A stretch of 63,940 bases of DNA, counting the filler, from Deltaproteobacteria bacterium (GTDB lineage: Bacteria > JAUYMQ01), in the NCBI GenBank assembly GCA_030698575.1. It is 10 parts of 10 records of this genome, joined end to end, with 100 filler letters (N's around TTAATTAATTAA, not from the genome) between each part and the next. Parts side by side here need not be neighbours in the genome. Positions count along the whole stretch, not along the records: positions 1 to 19,450 come from JAUYMQ010000599.1; 9 more parts are not named here. One strand, given 5' to 3'. How positions within the stretch are numbered: position 1 is the stretch's first letter; the number at the start of each line of letters is the position of its first letter. The notes beneath the pieces are model-generated. The model was not told where the DNA came from. It did no database searches and was given only the letters and a program-made list of their open reading frames with translations. Positions 9,368 to 19,066 of this stretch are shown here, one piece after another. Made by a program: the position numbers and the translations under genes.

Positions 9368-11971
9368 TCAGCTGCAGTTCGAGAATCCGCAGTCGAAGCA
9401 GGTGGGCTCCTTGCAGCCGCTCACGAACTCGACGTTCGTGGAGTAGCACTGCGGGCAAGTCGCCGAGATGCTCGCGTCGCGAGCCGGCGCGGCGGCGGGC
9501 TTGGCGCTCGCCGAGGCGCCGTTCCCGTTGGCCTTCATGTGGCCGTGCTTGATCAGGTGATCGCGCAGGATCTGGCTGAGCGCGTAGGGGATCGACTCGA
9601 CCCGCTTGGGGCCGAACCCGATGGGGCGATCGCCCTTGACCGAGTTCAGGTGCTTCAGGATGCGCTCGGCTTTTCCGCCGGTCTCGAGATACTTCGAGAG
9701 AAGGATGCCGATGACCGCGGTGAGCCCGGCGATCTCGGTTCCGAGCGGCGGGATGTTGGCGAACACCCGGAAGGGCCCGCGCTCGTCGTAGATGATGTTG
9801 ACGTGCAGCGGCCCGTAGCCCGTCTCCTTCTCGTAGTATTCACTCGTGACGCCGTGTTCAGCCGAGGGACGCCGGGACGGTAGAGGCGCGGGCGCTTCAT
9901 CCGCCGCCTTCTTGCCGATGTTGAGCACTTGCTGGGTCTTCGATCCGTCCCGGTAGACGGTGAGCCCCTTCACGCCGAGGTCGTAGGCGAGGAGATAGCC
10001 CCGTGCGATCTCCTCCTTGGTGGTTTCCTGCGCGCAGTTGATGGTCTTCGAGACCGCGTTGTCCGTATGGTTCTGGAAGGCGGCCTGGACCGCGATGTGG
10101 TGCTCGAAGGATACGTCGTGGGCCGTGGAAAAAATGTCCTGCACGTGCTTGGGGATCTCGGGGATGCCCCTGACCGCCTTGTGGTTCTCGTCGATCTTCT
10201 TCCACAGCTCCGATTCTTCCAGGCCGAAGTAGTCGTTCGCCTCGGCCACCGCCTTGAAATGCGGGTTGACCTCCCAAAACGTGTCTTCCTCGGCGGGTGT
10301 CTGGCCCTTCTTCAGGGCATCTATGCCGCGGGCGTTGTAGCGCGTGTAGGCGACGGCGAAGAACGGCTCGATGCCCGAGCCCTGAAGGCCGGCGGCGATG
10401 GCGATGGTGCCCGTGGGTGCGATGGTGGTCCGTGCGCAGTTGCGCGGAAGAACGTGCTGGCCGCGGAAGTGCTTGCCCTCGGGATCGTAGATGGAGTTCT
10501 TCCAGTTCGGGAAGACCCCGCGGCTGGCGGCGAGTTCGACGCTTGCATCCAGGGCCGACTCGTTGATGAAGCCCATAACCTCCTCGGCTTTCTCGATGGC
10601 CCGCTCTGAATCGTAGGGAATGTCGAGCGCCACAAGCGTCTCGGCCCAGCCCATTACGCCCAGGCCGATCCTCCGGTTACCCTTCGCCATGAGCTCGATC
10701 TCGGGGACCGGGTAGTCGTTCAGTTCGATGACGTTGTCGAGAAAGTGAACGCAGCTGAAGACCGTCTCGCGCAGACGCGTCCAGTCGATGCTCGATCCGC
10801 CGTTGTAGCCGGTGACGAACTTGCTGAGGTTGATCGAGCCGAGATTGCATGGCTCGTTCGGCAGCAGCGGCTGCTCGCCGCAGGGGTTCGTCGCCTCGAT
10901 CTCGCCCAGTTGGGGCGTGGGATTCGAACCGGAGGCGTTGATGCGGTCGAGGACCACGTAGCCAGGGTCACCGCATTCCCAGGCGCACTCGGCCATGAGG
11001 TCGAACAGCTCCCGCGACGGCAGGCGCTTGACGACTTCGCCGGTGCGCGGGTTCCTGAGCTCGATATCCTCCCCCTTCTTGACGGAGTCCATGAAGGCCG
11101 CGTCGATCCCGACAGAGATGTTGAAGTTCTCGAGGACGGTGTTGTTGCGCGCGCGCTTCATCGTGATGAAGTCGATGATGTCGGGATGCCAGTAGGGGAG
11201 GATGGCCATGTTGGCGCCGCGCCGCGTGCCGCCCTGCTTCACCTGCTCGGTGGCGGCGTCGAAGATTTTCATGAAGCTCAGCGGACCCGAGGCGATGCCC
11301 TTGGTGCTCAGGACGGCGTCCTCGGCGGGGCGGATGCGGCCAAAGGAGAATCCGGTGCCGCCCCCGCTCTTGTGGATGAGCGCCTGGTTCTTCACGGCGC
11401 CGAAGATTCCCTCGATGGAGTCGGGAACGGGAAGCACGTAGCAGGCTGAAAGCTGCTGCAGCTCCCGGCCGGCGTTCATGAGCGTCGGGGAGTTCGGCAG
11501 GAACTCGAAGCGCGCCATCAGCCGGTAGAACTTCAACTCCGTCTCGCGGACGACGTCGGCCGCGGCGGGATCCTCGGATGCCACCCTGTAAAGGTTGGTC
11601 ATCAGCTTCTTGAAGTTCGACACACGCTCCCGGTAACCGTGCATCTCGTGGTGGATGAGGAGCATCTCGACGGTCTCGCCGCCGCCGGCCTCTTTCCTGT
11701 CGATGTGATGGCTCACCCCTTCGAGGATCGCCGGCCGGAACCGCGCATCGTGAAGCAGCTCGCCAAGCGCGATGTTGCGCGCCACGTTCAGAAGCCAGGC
11801 CTCGGGTGATTTCGCATCTTTCAGGTACTTGTCGTTGATGACCTTGCGCTGGTTTTCCGTGAGCTGGAGGCTTTCAACCGACCCGGAAGTGTCGACATGC
11901 GTGGTTCCCATGGGCTCCATGATGACCTTTCCCCCCTGAACGTTGGCGGTTCCGTTTCCTGCCCGGGTCAC
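9368..11971 (-). CDS. nrdJ: Class II (adenosylcobalamin-dependent) ribonucleotide reductase with C-terminal TSCPD-like and Zn-ribbon region
   Basis: FLPNSPTLMNAG, QLSACYV, QGGTRRGANM, TNPCGEQPL, CNLGSINL, TTIAPTGT, DNAVSKTIN, KGLTVYRDGS; C-terminal CPQC..CFDCGFSNC; exact start uncertain. Confidence 0.95.
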   Translation of the reverse strand: MTRAGNGTANVQGGKVIMEPMGTTHVDTSGSVESLQLTENQRKVINDKYLKDAKSPEAWLLNVARNIALGELLHDARFRPAILEGVSHHIDRKEAGGGETVEMLLIHHEMHGYRERVSNFKKLMTNLYRVASEDPAAADVVRETELKFYRLMARFEFLPNSPTLMNAGRELQQLSACYVLPVPDSIEGIFGAVKNQALIHKSGGGTGFSFGRIRPAEDAVLSTKGIASGPLSFMKIFDAATEQVKQGGTRRGANMAILPYWHPDIIDFITMKRARNNTVLENFNISVGIDAAFMDSVKKGEDIELRNPRTGEVVKRLPSRELFDLMAECAWECGDPGYVVLDRINASGSNPTPQLGEIEATNPCGEQPLLPNEPCNLGSINLSKFVTGYNGGSSIDWTRLRETVFSCVHFLDNVIELNDYPVPEIELMAKGNRRIGLGVMGWAETLVALDIPYDSERAIEKAEEVMGFINESALDASVELAASRGVFPNWKNSIYDPEGKHFRGQHVLPRNCARTTIAPTGTIAIAAGLQGSGIEPFFAVAYTRYNARGIDALKKGQTPAEEDTFWEVNPHFKAVAEANDYFGLEESELWKKIDENHKAVRGIPEIPKHVQDIFSTAHDVSFEHHIAVQAAFQNHTDNAVSKTINCAQETTKEEIARGYLLAYDLGVKGLTVYRDGSKTQQVLNIGKKAADEAPAPLPSRRPSAEHGVTSEYYEKETGYGPLHVNIIYDERGPFRVFANIPPLGTEIAGLTAVIGILLSKYLETGGKAERILKHLNSVKGDRPIGFGPKRVESIPYALSQILRDHLIKHGHMKANGNGASASAKPAAAPARDASISATCPQCYSTNVEFVSGCKEPTCFDCGFSNCS

Positions 11972-12179
11972 GCTCCCCCCGCGGGATACGCGGCCTCTCC
12001 GCAGCCTAACTGCGCCCTGTGATCAGCCGCCCACGACCGTTCCCAGGGGGCGCCGGCAGGACTCGCCGGCACGGCTGAGCCCCGCAATAAGGGGAAAAGC
12101 CACCCCCGCCACGGCAGCTCGAGGCGCGCGTGGCTTGATCCGTCAGCATCGATAGGGAACGGGTCGGAAGGGGCTGTGA

Positions 12180-12227
12180 CCCTTATATCTTGTAGGGGCG
12201 CCAGCCAGTACTCACGACATCTTGTAG
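12180..12227. promoter_or_regulatory. Tandem NrdR boxes
   Basis: CCCTTATATCTTGTAG (12180-12195) and TCACGACATCTTGTAG (12212-12227), 32 bp apart, resemble the acaCwAtATaTwGtg consensus and lie upstream of nrdJ. Confidence 0.85.
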
Positions 12228-12248
12228 GCAGGCGGGAATGCCTGTCAA
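12219..12248 (-). promoter_or_regulatory. Putative sigma70 promoter of nrdJ overlapping the second NrdR box
   Basis: Perfect TTGACA (12248-12243) with -10-like TACAAG or CAAGAT at 16 or 18 nt spacing. Confidence 0.55.
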
Positions 12249-12304
12249 GAAGATTCGATCCGGGGTTGGACTAAAAATGTCACGGCGCCGGCCGGGGCCC
12301 GAAT

Positions 12305-13171
12305 CTAGGTGATGATCGGCAGCTCGAAGGGGGTGGCGCGGCGGATCTCTTCGAGGGGCGGGACCAGGCGCTCGGCGATGTCCCGGTAGAGCTTCGAGAC
12401 GGGGTGGTCGGGTTGGGCCGCCACGATGGGCGTTCCCGCGTCGCCGGCGGCGCGCACCGCCGGGTCGATGGGGATCTTGCCGAGGAAGGGAACGCCCAGC
12501 TCCTCCGCGCAGCGCTCGCCGCCGCCGGTGTCGAAGATGTCGGTTTCCTTGCCGCAGTGCGGGCAGCTGAAGGTGCTCATGTTCTCGATGATTCCCAGCA
12601 CGCGAACGTTCACCCGCTCGAACATCTTGAGCCCCTTGCGCGCGTCGATGAGTGCGACATCCTGCGGCGTGGTAACGATCACGGCGCCTGAAAGCGGCGC
12701 CAGCTGTGTGAGCGTCAACTGGGCATCGCCCGTTCCGGGCGGCAGATCGATGAGCAGATAGTCCAGCTCACCCCACAGCACGTCGCTCAGGAATTGCTGG
12801 ACGATGCCGTGGACCATGGGTCCCCGCCAGATGATCGGCGAGTCGTCATTGGTGAGAAAACCCATGGACACAAGCTTCAGGCCGTGGCGCTCGAGCGGCA
12901 CGAGCTTGCGCTCGGGCGTGACGGCGGGCGTCTTGTTGATGCCGAGCATGAGCGGGATGCTGGGGCCGTAGATGTCGGCGTCGAGGAGCCCGACGCGGCT
13001 CCCCCGGGCGGAGAGCGTCAGGGCGAGGTTGGTGGCCACCGTCGATTTTCCCACGCCGCCCTTGCCGCTCGCGATGGCCACGATGCTCTTGACCTCTTCG
13101 AGGATGCGGGCGGGGCGCGGAGCGGGCTTGGACGCGGGCCCGGACACAGGGTCAGAAACAGGGTCAGACAC
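12305..13171 (-). CDS. mrp: Mrp/ApbC (NBP35-family) Fe-S cluster carrier ATPase
   Basis: ASGKGGVGKST, LLDADIYGPS, IDLPPGTGD, VTTPQ, ENMSTFSCPHC; GTG 13171 has a GGAGG SD. Confidence 0.93.
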   Translation of the reverse strand: MSDPVSDPVSGPASKPAPRPARILEEVKSIVAIASGKGGVGKSTVATNLALTLSARGSRVGLLDADIYGPSIPLMLGINKTPAVTPERKLVPLERHGLKLVSMGFLTNDDSPIIWRGPMVHGIVQQFLSDVLWGELDYLLIDLPPGTGDAQLTLTQLAPLSGAVIVTTPQDVALIDARKGLKMFERVNVRVLGIIENMSTFSCPHCGKETDIFDTGGGERCAEELGVPFLGKIPIDPAVRAAGDAGTPIVAAQPDHPVSKLYRDIAERLVPPLEEIRRATPFELPIIT

Positions 13172-13369
13172 GACGGGATCCTCCGGGAGCCAGGGCGCCG
13201 GGGCGATTGCGGGCCGCGGCGGGGGCGGATGGTGCAAGCGGGGGAGAGGGTAGGTGTGCCCCGGGGGGGTGTCAACCGCGGCGCCCGGACGTTGCGCCCG
13301 GGCGCCGTTGCGCCTGTGGCCCCGGGGCCGGCTTGAAAGGGCGGCGGCCCTGCGCCATTATTCCTTCCC

Positions 13370-14038
13370 ATGAAGATCAAGGTGAAATTCTTCGCATCGC
13401 TCCGGGAGCGGGTGGGCGTTTCGGAGGCCGATCTCGAATGCCCGGACGGGACCTCCGTGGCGGGCCTGCGAGCCCGGCTCGCGGAGCGATACCGGCAGCC
13501 CGAGGCTTTCGCATCGACGCTCCTGGTTTCGGTGAACTGGGATCCGGCCGGAGAGGATCTCCTGCTGGCTGAGGGCGACGAGGTCGCGTTCCTCCCACCC
13601 ATGTCGGGGGGCGTGAATGGGGAGGGCGCCTTCTGGCTCTCCGAAACGCCGATCGACGCCGCGATGGTGGAAGAGAAGGTGCGGTGGGCCGGCTCCGGCG
13701 GAGTAGTCACCTTCCTCGGCGCCGTCCGCGCCGAATCGCGAGGCAAGAAGATAAGGCGCCTCGAGTACGAGGCGTACGGCGGCATGGCCGAGAAGAAGAT
13801 GCGGGAGATTGGCGAAGAGATGGCGCGTCGCTGGCCCGGCGTCCGCGTGGCCATCGCGCACCGCATCGGGGCGCTCGACGTCGGGGAGTTGGCTGTGGCG
13901 ATCGCGGTCGCGGCGCCGCACCGGGCCGAGGCCTTCGAAGCCTGTCGTTACGCCATCGACCGCCTGAAGGAAGTGGTTCCGATCTGGAAGAAAGAGATCG
14001 CCGAAGATGGCGCCTACTGGGTCGAGCCCCATGCCTGA
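13370..14038 (+). CDS. moaDE: MoaD-MoaE fusion (molybdopterin synthase, MoaX-like)
   Basis: Ubiquitin-like N-terminus (IKVKFFASLRE..GDEVAFLPPMSGG) followed in frame by MoaE (GGVVTFLGAVR, LEYEAY, HRIG, PIWKKE). Confidence 0.92.
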   Translation: MKIKVKFFASLRERVGVSEADLECPDGTSVAGLRARLAERYRQPEAFASTLLVSVNWDPAGEDLLLAEGDEVAFLPPMSGGVNGEGAFWLSETPIDAAMVEEKVRWAGSGGVVTFLGAVRAESRGKKIRRLEYEAYGGMAEKKMREIGEEMARRWPGVRVAIAHRIGALDVGELAVAIAVAAPHRAEAFEACRYAIDRLKEVVPIWKKEIAEDGAYWVEPHA

Positions 14039-14564
14039 TGAGCCGCGCAAGGCCCACGACCATCACCGCGAGACGTCTCCCCGCGACGCGCGCTGCTTCG
14101 TCCTGACGGTGAGCGACACGCGGGATCCCGATACCGATCGCTCGGGCCGGCTCATCGGGGAACTTGTGGAGGGGGCAGGGCTGCGCCTCTCGGGCGCGGA
14201 AATCGTTCCCGATGAACCGGCGCGCATTCGCGCCTCGATTGAAGCGAGGCTGGCCGATCCCGCGACCGACGTCATTCTCGTCACCGGTGGAACCGGAGTC
14301 GCCCCGCGGGACCGGACGGTGGAGGTCGTGCGGGAGCTTCTGGAACGCGAGCTTCCGGGCTTCGGGGAGATCTTCAGAATGCTGAGCTTTCGAGAGATAG
14401 GCGCCGCCGCCATGCTGTCACGGGCGCTGGCAGGCGTGGCGCGCGGGAAGGCCGTTTTTGCGCTCCCGGGCTCCGCCGACGCCGTGAAGCTCGCCATGAA
14501 CCAGATTATTCTGCCCGAAATCGGACACCTGCTTCGGGAACTCCGCAAGCAGGGGTCCGGCTAG
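14031..14564 (+). CDS. moaB: MogA/MoaB molybdenum cofactor biosynthesis protein
   Basis: LTVSDTR..DRSG, TGGTGVAPRD.T, LPGFGEIFR, AMLSRA.AG, LPGS. Confidence 0.9.
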   Translation: MPDEPRKAHDHHRETSPRDARCFVLTVSDTRDPDTDRSGRLIGELVEGAGLRLSGAEIVPDEPARIRASIEARLADPATDVILVTGGTGVAPRDRTVEVVRELLERELPGFGEIFRMLSFREIGAAAMLSRALAGVARGKAVFALPGSADAVKLAMNQIILPEIGHLLRELRKQGSG

Positions 14565-14629
14565 CTCGCCCGTACGCACTCGGGCGTGTGGCGGCGGATC
14601 TCAAGCGGTCTGTCGCAGGTGGGTGTTAC

Positions 14630-15037
14630 ATGAATGAATCCGGCAAGACTCTGGTCATTCTGCTCGTGGACGACGATCCTTCGATCGTCAAGGTAGTGGG
14701 AGCGCGCCTCCGATCGGAGGGGTACAAGGTCGTCACGGCGGCGGACGGCGAGGCGGCGGTCGAACGCGCCCGGTCGCTGTTGCCGGATCTGATCATCCTC
14801 GATGTCAATCTTCCCAAGCGCATCGGTTACAGCGTTTCGCGCATGCTCAAGCTCGACGGGCGGACCAGAAGGATTCCAATCCTCATGCTCACCGCGCGCG
14901 ATCAGGAGGCCGACTGGCGTCTGGGGGCGCTGACCGGGGCCGACGGCTACATGACGAAGCCCTTCGAGACCCAGGATCTGTTGCGGACCATCAGAAACCT
15001 TCTGGCCGCGGCCGGAAGGACGCCCTCCGACCCCTGA
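14630..15037 (+). CDS. Single-domain response regulator
   Basis: ILLVDDD, PDLIILDVNLP, LMLTA, GADGYMTKPF. Confidence 0.88.
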   Translation: MNESGKTLVILLVDDDPSIVKVVGARLRSEGYKVVTAADGEAAVERARSLLPDLIILDVNLPKRIGYSVSRMLKLDGRTRRIPILMLTARDQEADWRLGALTGADGYMTKPFETQDLLRTIRNLLAAAGRTPSDP

Positions 15038-15074
15038 GCCGATCCCTTCTGAGAGGTCGGATCCCTCGGGGGGC

Positions 15075-16727
15075 TCAGCGCCCGCCGCGGCGTCCCGTCG
15101 CGTGTCCGCGTCCGGCCAGCCTGCCGTTACTCCGCCCCTTTCCACGCGTGCGCGGCTTGCGCCGCCGGGGCGCGTCGTCGTCATCATCATCGGCCTTGTC
15201 GTGGACGAGCGGCGCCCAGTTGAGAAGCGTGTGCGCCAGCAGCCGCACGCCCACGCCCGTGGCGCCTCGAGGCGCGTAGGGCTTCTTCTTCATGGTCCAG
15301 GCCGTGCCTGCGATGTCCAGGTGAACCCAGGGCGTCTTGCCGACGAACTTCTGGAGGAAGCTCGCGCCGGCAATCGTCCCGGCCTCGCCCGCATTCCCGA
15401 TGTTCTTGATGTCGGCCACCTCGCTCTTGACGGCGTCGGCGTACTCCTCGAACATCGGCAGCTCCCAGACGCGCTCGTAGGTAGCCTCGCCGCTGGCCTT
15501 GATCCGGTCGGCAAGCGCCGCGTTGTTGGTCATGAGGCCGCTTGCGTGGGAGCCGAGGGCGACGACGCAGGCCCCGGTGAGGGTGGCCATGTCGACGATG
15601 GCGTCTGGTTTGAAGCTCAGGGCGTGGTGAAGGCCGTCTGCGAGGACGATTCTCCCCTCGGCGTCGGTATTGAGGACTTCGATGGTCACACCCGCGGCCG
15701 AAGTGAGGATGTCGCCGGGCTTGTAGGCGTTTCCGCCGGGCAGATTCTCTGCCGACGGAACGATGCAGACCACGTTGACGTCGGGTTTCAGGAGGGCCAT
15801 GGCGCGGGCCAGGGCGATGGTGGCCGCTCCTCCGCTCATGTCGAATTTCATCTCGTCCATCTTTCCGGGCGGTTTGAGCGAGATGCCTCCCGAGTCGAAG
15901 GTGATCCCCTTGCCCACCACGCAGACCGTCTGGGCCCCCTTCGTATTGCACCGGTACTCGAGCACGATGAGCCGCGGTTCGTTGCGGCTGCCGCGCGCGA
16001 CTCCGAGCAGCGCTCCCATCTTGGCCCGCGCTAGCTCGCGCGGCCCCCAGATGGTGCACCGGAGCCCCACCTCCCGCGCCATCTTCCTGGCTTCATCGGC
16101 GAGGTATTTCGGGGGGTGATCGGAGCCCGATCGGTTGGCCAGATCGCGGGCGAATACGACGCTGTCGGAGAGCGCGCTCCCCACGCGGGCCCCCTCTCGA
16201 ATCTCCCGGACCTTTGCGGCATCGTTATCGACGATCGTGAGCTGGGTGATCGGCTTGCTGTCGCTCTTTTTTCCGGACTTGTAGAGGGAGAATGCGTAGC
16301 CGCCGAGCCGGGTTCCCTCGACGATCGCCTGGGCGGCCTCGGCCGCGGAGATGTCCTCATCGCCCCCGCCGTCTTCGCCCACGCCGTGGAGCACGCTCAC
16401 CACGTGGGTCACCCCGAGACTCCGGGCCGCCTGGGCTGCGGTGCCCGCTGCCTGTCGCACCCGGTCGAGGATGAAGCGATTCTTCTTCCCGAGGCCGACG
16501 ACGAGCACTCTGCGGGCTTTCACTCCCCGGGTGGGGCGGAGGAGCAGCGTTTCGTTGGGCTTTCCCTTGAAATCCCCGTCCTTCAGGTAGGCCGAAAGCT
16601 GGCCCCGGGTGGCCTTGTCGATCGCGGCCGCGGCCCCGCCGGGCTTTGTCGTTCCCTCGAATAGATTGACGACCAGGAGGTCTGCGGGAGTCTTGGCGGC
16701 GTCGCCGACTTTTAGCGTTACTTTCAT
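15075..16727 (-). CDS. pepA: M17 leucyl aminopeptidase with a charged C-terminal extension
   Basis: VGKGITFDSGG, MKFDMSG, NTDAEGR, DMATLTGA, HLDIAGTAW. Confidence 0.95.
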   Translation of the reverse strand: MKVTLKVGDAAKTPADLLVVNLFEGTTKPGGAAAAIDKATRGQLSAYLKDGDFKGKPNETLLLRPTRGVKARRVLVVGLGKKNRFILDRVRQAAGTAAQAARSLGVTHVVSVLHGVGEDGGGDEDISAAEAAQAIVEGTRLGGYAFSLYKSGKKSDSKPITQLTIVDNDAAKVREIREGARVGSALSDSVVFARDLANRSGSDHPPKYLADEARKMAREVGLRCTIWGPRELARAKMGALLGVARGSRNEPRLIVLEYRCNTKGAQTVCVVGKGITFDSGGISLKPPGKMDEMKFDMSGGAATIALARAMALLKPDVNVVCIVPSAENLPGGNAYKPGDILTSAAGVTIEVLNTDAEGRIVLADGLHHALSFKPDAIVDMATLTGACVVALGSHASGLMTNNAALADRIKASGEATYERVWELPMFEEYADAVKSEVADIKNIGNAGEAGTIAGASFLQKFVGKTPWVHLDIAGTAWTMKKKPYAPRGATGVGVRLLAHTLLNWAPLVHDKADDDDDDAPRRRKPRTRGKGRSNGRLAGRGHATGRRGGR

Positions 16728-16967
16728 GGACTGGGATCACCCTCCGTCATGTGGTTGGCCCGGGGGCTTCGCGCGGCGGTTGCGCGCGCTCGGTCACCGG
16801 CGCTCGGAGACGAGGGCGTCCACGTGACACGTAACCGTGGAACCCGCGGCCATGGAACTGGCGGGAGAATAGGGTGGCGCGGAAGGGTTGTAAAGATTCG
16901 GCGGCCGGGTTCCGCCGGAAGAAGCGCTCAACGCTCCCTTTCCGGGGCGCGCCAGGCCAATAAGCCG

Positions 16968-16996
16968 TTGACTTTCCAACCCTCCTTCTCTAATTT
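16968..16996 (+). promoter_or_regulatory. Putative sigma70 promoter of tolQRAB
   Basis: TTGACT-17 nt-TAATTT about 40 nt upstream of tolQ. Confidence 0.5.
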
Positions 16997-17038
16997 GCAG
17001 GGTCTCCCCCAGAGCCACGGGAATTGGGATTTCATCAC

Positions 17039-17791
17039 ATGCCAGGCACTTTCCTTGCGGGCGCCGCTGCCGCGGGTCCGACCTTCCAGGGCGGCATACT
17101 CGACCTCATCTGGAACTCCGGCCCCGTCGTCAAGCTGGTTCTCATCATACTTTTCGGCTTCTCCTTCATCTCATGGGGAATCATTTTCTATAAGGCGCGC
17201 GTCATCAAGCGCGCGTTGGAGGAATCGACCGAGTTCCTCGAGATCTTCTGGGAGCGCCGGACGCTGGATCTCATCTACGAGGAGGCCAAGGGCCTCAGCG
17301 GGAGCCCGCTTTCGAACATCTTCCGCGCGGGCTTCATCGAACTGGTAAAGCTCAAGCGAGGCCGCAACGCGGGTGCAATTCCGCGTGTCGATCCGCGGGG
17401 GGCCGTCACTGTCGAGGCCGACCTCGACGAGGTCCTGAAGAAGATCCGCTGGACGAGCGCGGCGGAGATTAACCACCTCGAGCGGTACATCTCATTCCTG
17501 GCCACGACCGGTTCCACTGCTCCTTTCATCGGACTGTTCGGAACGGTGTGGGGGATCATGGATGCGTTCCGGCACATCGGCGTCAAGGGAGCTGCCAGCA
17601 TCGCAGTTGTCGCGCCGGGCATTTCCGAGGCGCTTGTCGCCACCGCCATCGGCCTGTTCGCCGCCATTCCCGCCGTGGTCGCGTACAACTACTTCGTCAG
17701 CAAAATCAGAGTCATCGTGAAGGAAATCGAGGGCTTCACGGACGATTACATGGCTGACCTGCGCAAGGCCTTCGAGAAGGAACTGGGATGA
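17039..17791 (+). CDS. tolQ: TolQ
   Basis: FLATTGSTAPFIGLFGTVWGIM, VAPGISEALVATAIGLFAAIPAV. Confidence 0.93.
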   Translation: MPGTFLAGAAAAGPTFQGGILDLIWNSGPVVKLVLIILFGFSFISWGIIFYKARVIKRALEESTEFLEIFWERRTLDLIYEEAKGLSGSPLSNIFRAGFIELVKLKRGRNAGAIPRVDPRGAVTVEADLDEVLKKIRWTSAAEINHLERYISFLATTGSTAPFIGLFGTVWGIMDAFRHIGVKGAASIAVVAPGISEALVATAIGLFAAIPAVVAYNYFVSKIRVIVKEIEGFTDDYMADLRKAFEKELG

Positions 17792-18192
17792 AGGTCGGAA
17801 AAGAGTCGGAGAGCCTCTCCGAAATCAACGTCACGCCCTTCGTCGATGTGATGCTGGTGCTGCTCATCATCTTCATGGTGACGACGCCGCTCATCCAGGC
17901 CGGCGTCGATGTGAATCTCCCGGAGGCCACCGCGGAAGGGCTCCGGGCTCCGGAGGATCCCACCATCATCAGCGTCAACAAGGATGGCCAGATATTCTTC
18001 GGAAAGGACAAGGAAGTTCCCTTTGACAAGCTGCAGAGCTTCGTCGCGGCCCTCAAGGAGAACAAGGGACTCGAGGAGATCTATCTCAAGGCGGACAAGG
18101 ACGTCTCGTACGGCATCGTGGTCAGGGTAATGGCCGAGGTAAAAGCCGCAGGAATTGATCGGCTTGGGATGATCACGCTTCCCGAGACATGA
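17788..18192 (+). CDS. tolR: TolR
   Basis: EINVTPFVDVMLVLLIIFMVT, KADKDVSYG; ATGA overlap with tolQ. Confidence 0.93.
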   Translation: MKVGKESESLSEINVTPFVDVMLVLLIIFMVTTPLIQAGVDVNLPEATAEGLRAPEDPTIISVNKDGQIFFGKDKEVPFDKLQSFVAALKENKGLEEIYLKADKDVSYGIVVRVMAEVKAAGIDRLGMITLPET

Positions 18193-18195
18193 GCC

Positions 18196-19017
18196 ATGGC
18201 CTCGTTCACCTTCGAAAATCTGTTCGGCGGGGAGATCGATCCCAAGCTGAAGCGCATGGTGGCGGTCTCCGCCTTCATGCACCTGACTCTCTTTGCTCTT
18301 ATTCTGATCATGGCACGCAACGCGCCGCTGCCGGTGAACTACCAGGCGAGCATCCAGGTCGCGCTGGTCGATCTCCCGGAGGTCAACGACCTGGAGCAGG
18401 TCAAGCTCGGCGCTCCGAAGCCCAAGCAGTTGCCTCCCCCCGAAGCGAAGAAGCCGGAGCCGAAGGCCGCGGAGAAGGCCAAGCCCGCCGAGCCAAAGAA
18501 AAAGATCGTCGCCCTCGAGGAAGCGAAGAAGACCGAGCAGAAGGCGGCGGACACCAAGGCGAAGAAAGAGCCGGTCCCCGCCGCCAGGATGGACAGCGCC
18601 GTCAACCGGCTCCGCGTTCAGAACACGGCCATCGCGCGGATCCGGCAGCGCGCCCTCGACACGGCCATGCCCGAGGGGACGGCCGGCGGAAACGTCCGCG
18701 GGATCGGCGCCCTGAAGGGGCTTGCCTATGACGCCCTCGTGAGGGGGCACTTGGAATACAACTGGGAACTGCCGCCGACCTTCCTGGGGCAGCACCTGAA
18801 CACCCAAGTCTACATGAAGATCGATCGGGACGGCCGCTTGATTGAATGGAAGATCGTCAGGGGATCGGGCAACTCGGTTTACGACGATACGGTGTACAGG
18901 GCCTTCCGGAAGATTGAACTGGGGCAGGGCTTTCCCCGGCCCGAGCCCGAGATTTACGACTCGATGCTGAAGGAAGGCTACGTCATCGATATGAAAGCCG
19001 AGGATTTCTTCTCTTGA
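18196..19017 (+). CDS. tolA: TolA / TonB C-terminal-domain protein
   Basis: Single TM with SxxxH, K/E/P-rich stalk, C-terminal TonB_C-like IDRDG..SGNSVYD; located between tolR and tolB. Confidence 0.85.
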   Translation: MASFTFENLFGGEIDPKLKRMVAVSAFMHLTLFALILIMARNAPLPVNYQASIQVALVDLPEVNDLEQVKLGAPKPKQLPPPEAKKPEPKAAEKAKPAEPKKKIVALEEAKKTEQKAADTKAKKEPVPAARMDSAVNRLRVQNTAIARIRQRALDTAMPEGTAGGNVRGIGALKGLAYDALVRGHLEYNWELPPTFLGQHLNTQVYMKIDRDGRLIEWKIVRGSGNSVYDDTVYRAFRKIELGQGFPRPEPEIYDSMLKEGYVIDMKAEDFFS

Positions 19018-19066
19018 ACCACCGGGATCGCCGGCATCAAAGGTTGAGCCAGAATTAAAGGTTGAA

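Noticed and set aside
11972-12180. Cobalamin riboswitch upstream of B12-dependent nrdJ
   Set aside because: I could not find the B12-box or conserved core motifs on the coding strand; an Rfam scan would be decisive.
13146-13171. 12-bp tandem repeat at the mrp start (SDPV x2)
   Set aside because: A short in-frame duplication in a low-complexity N-terminus; no evidence of function.
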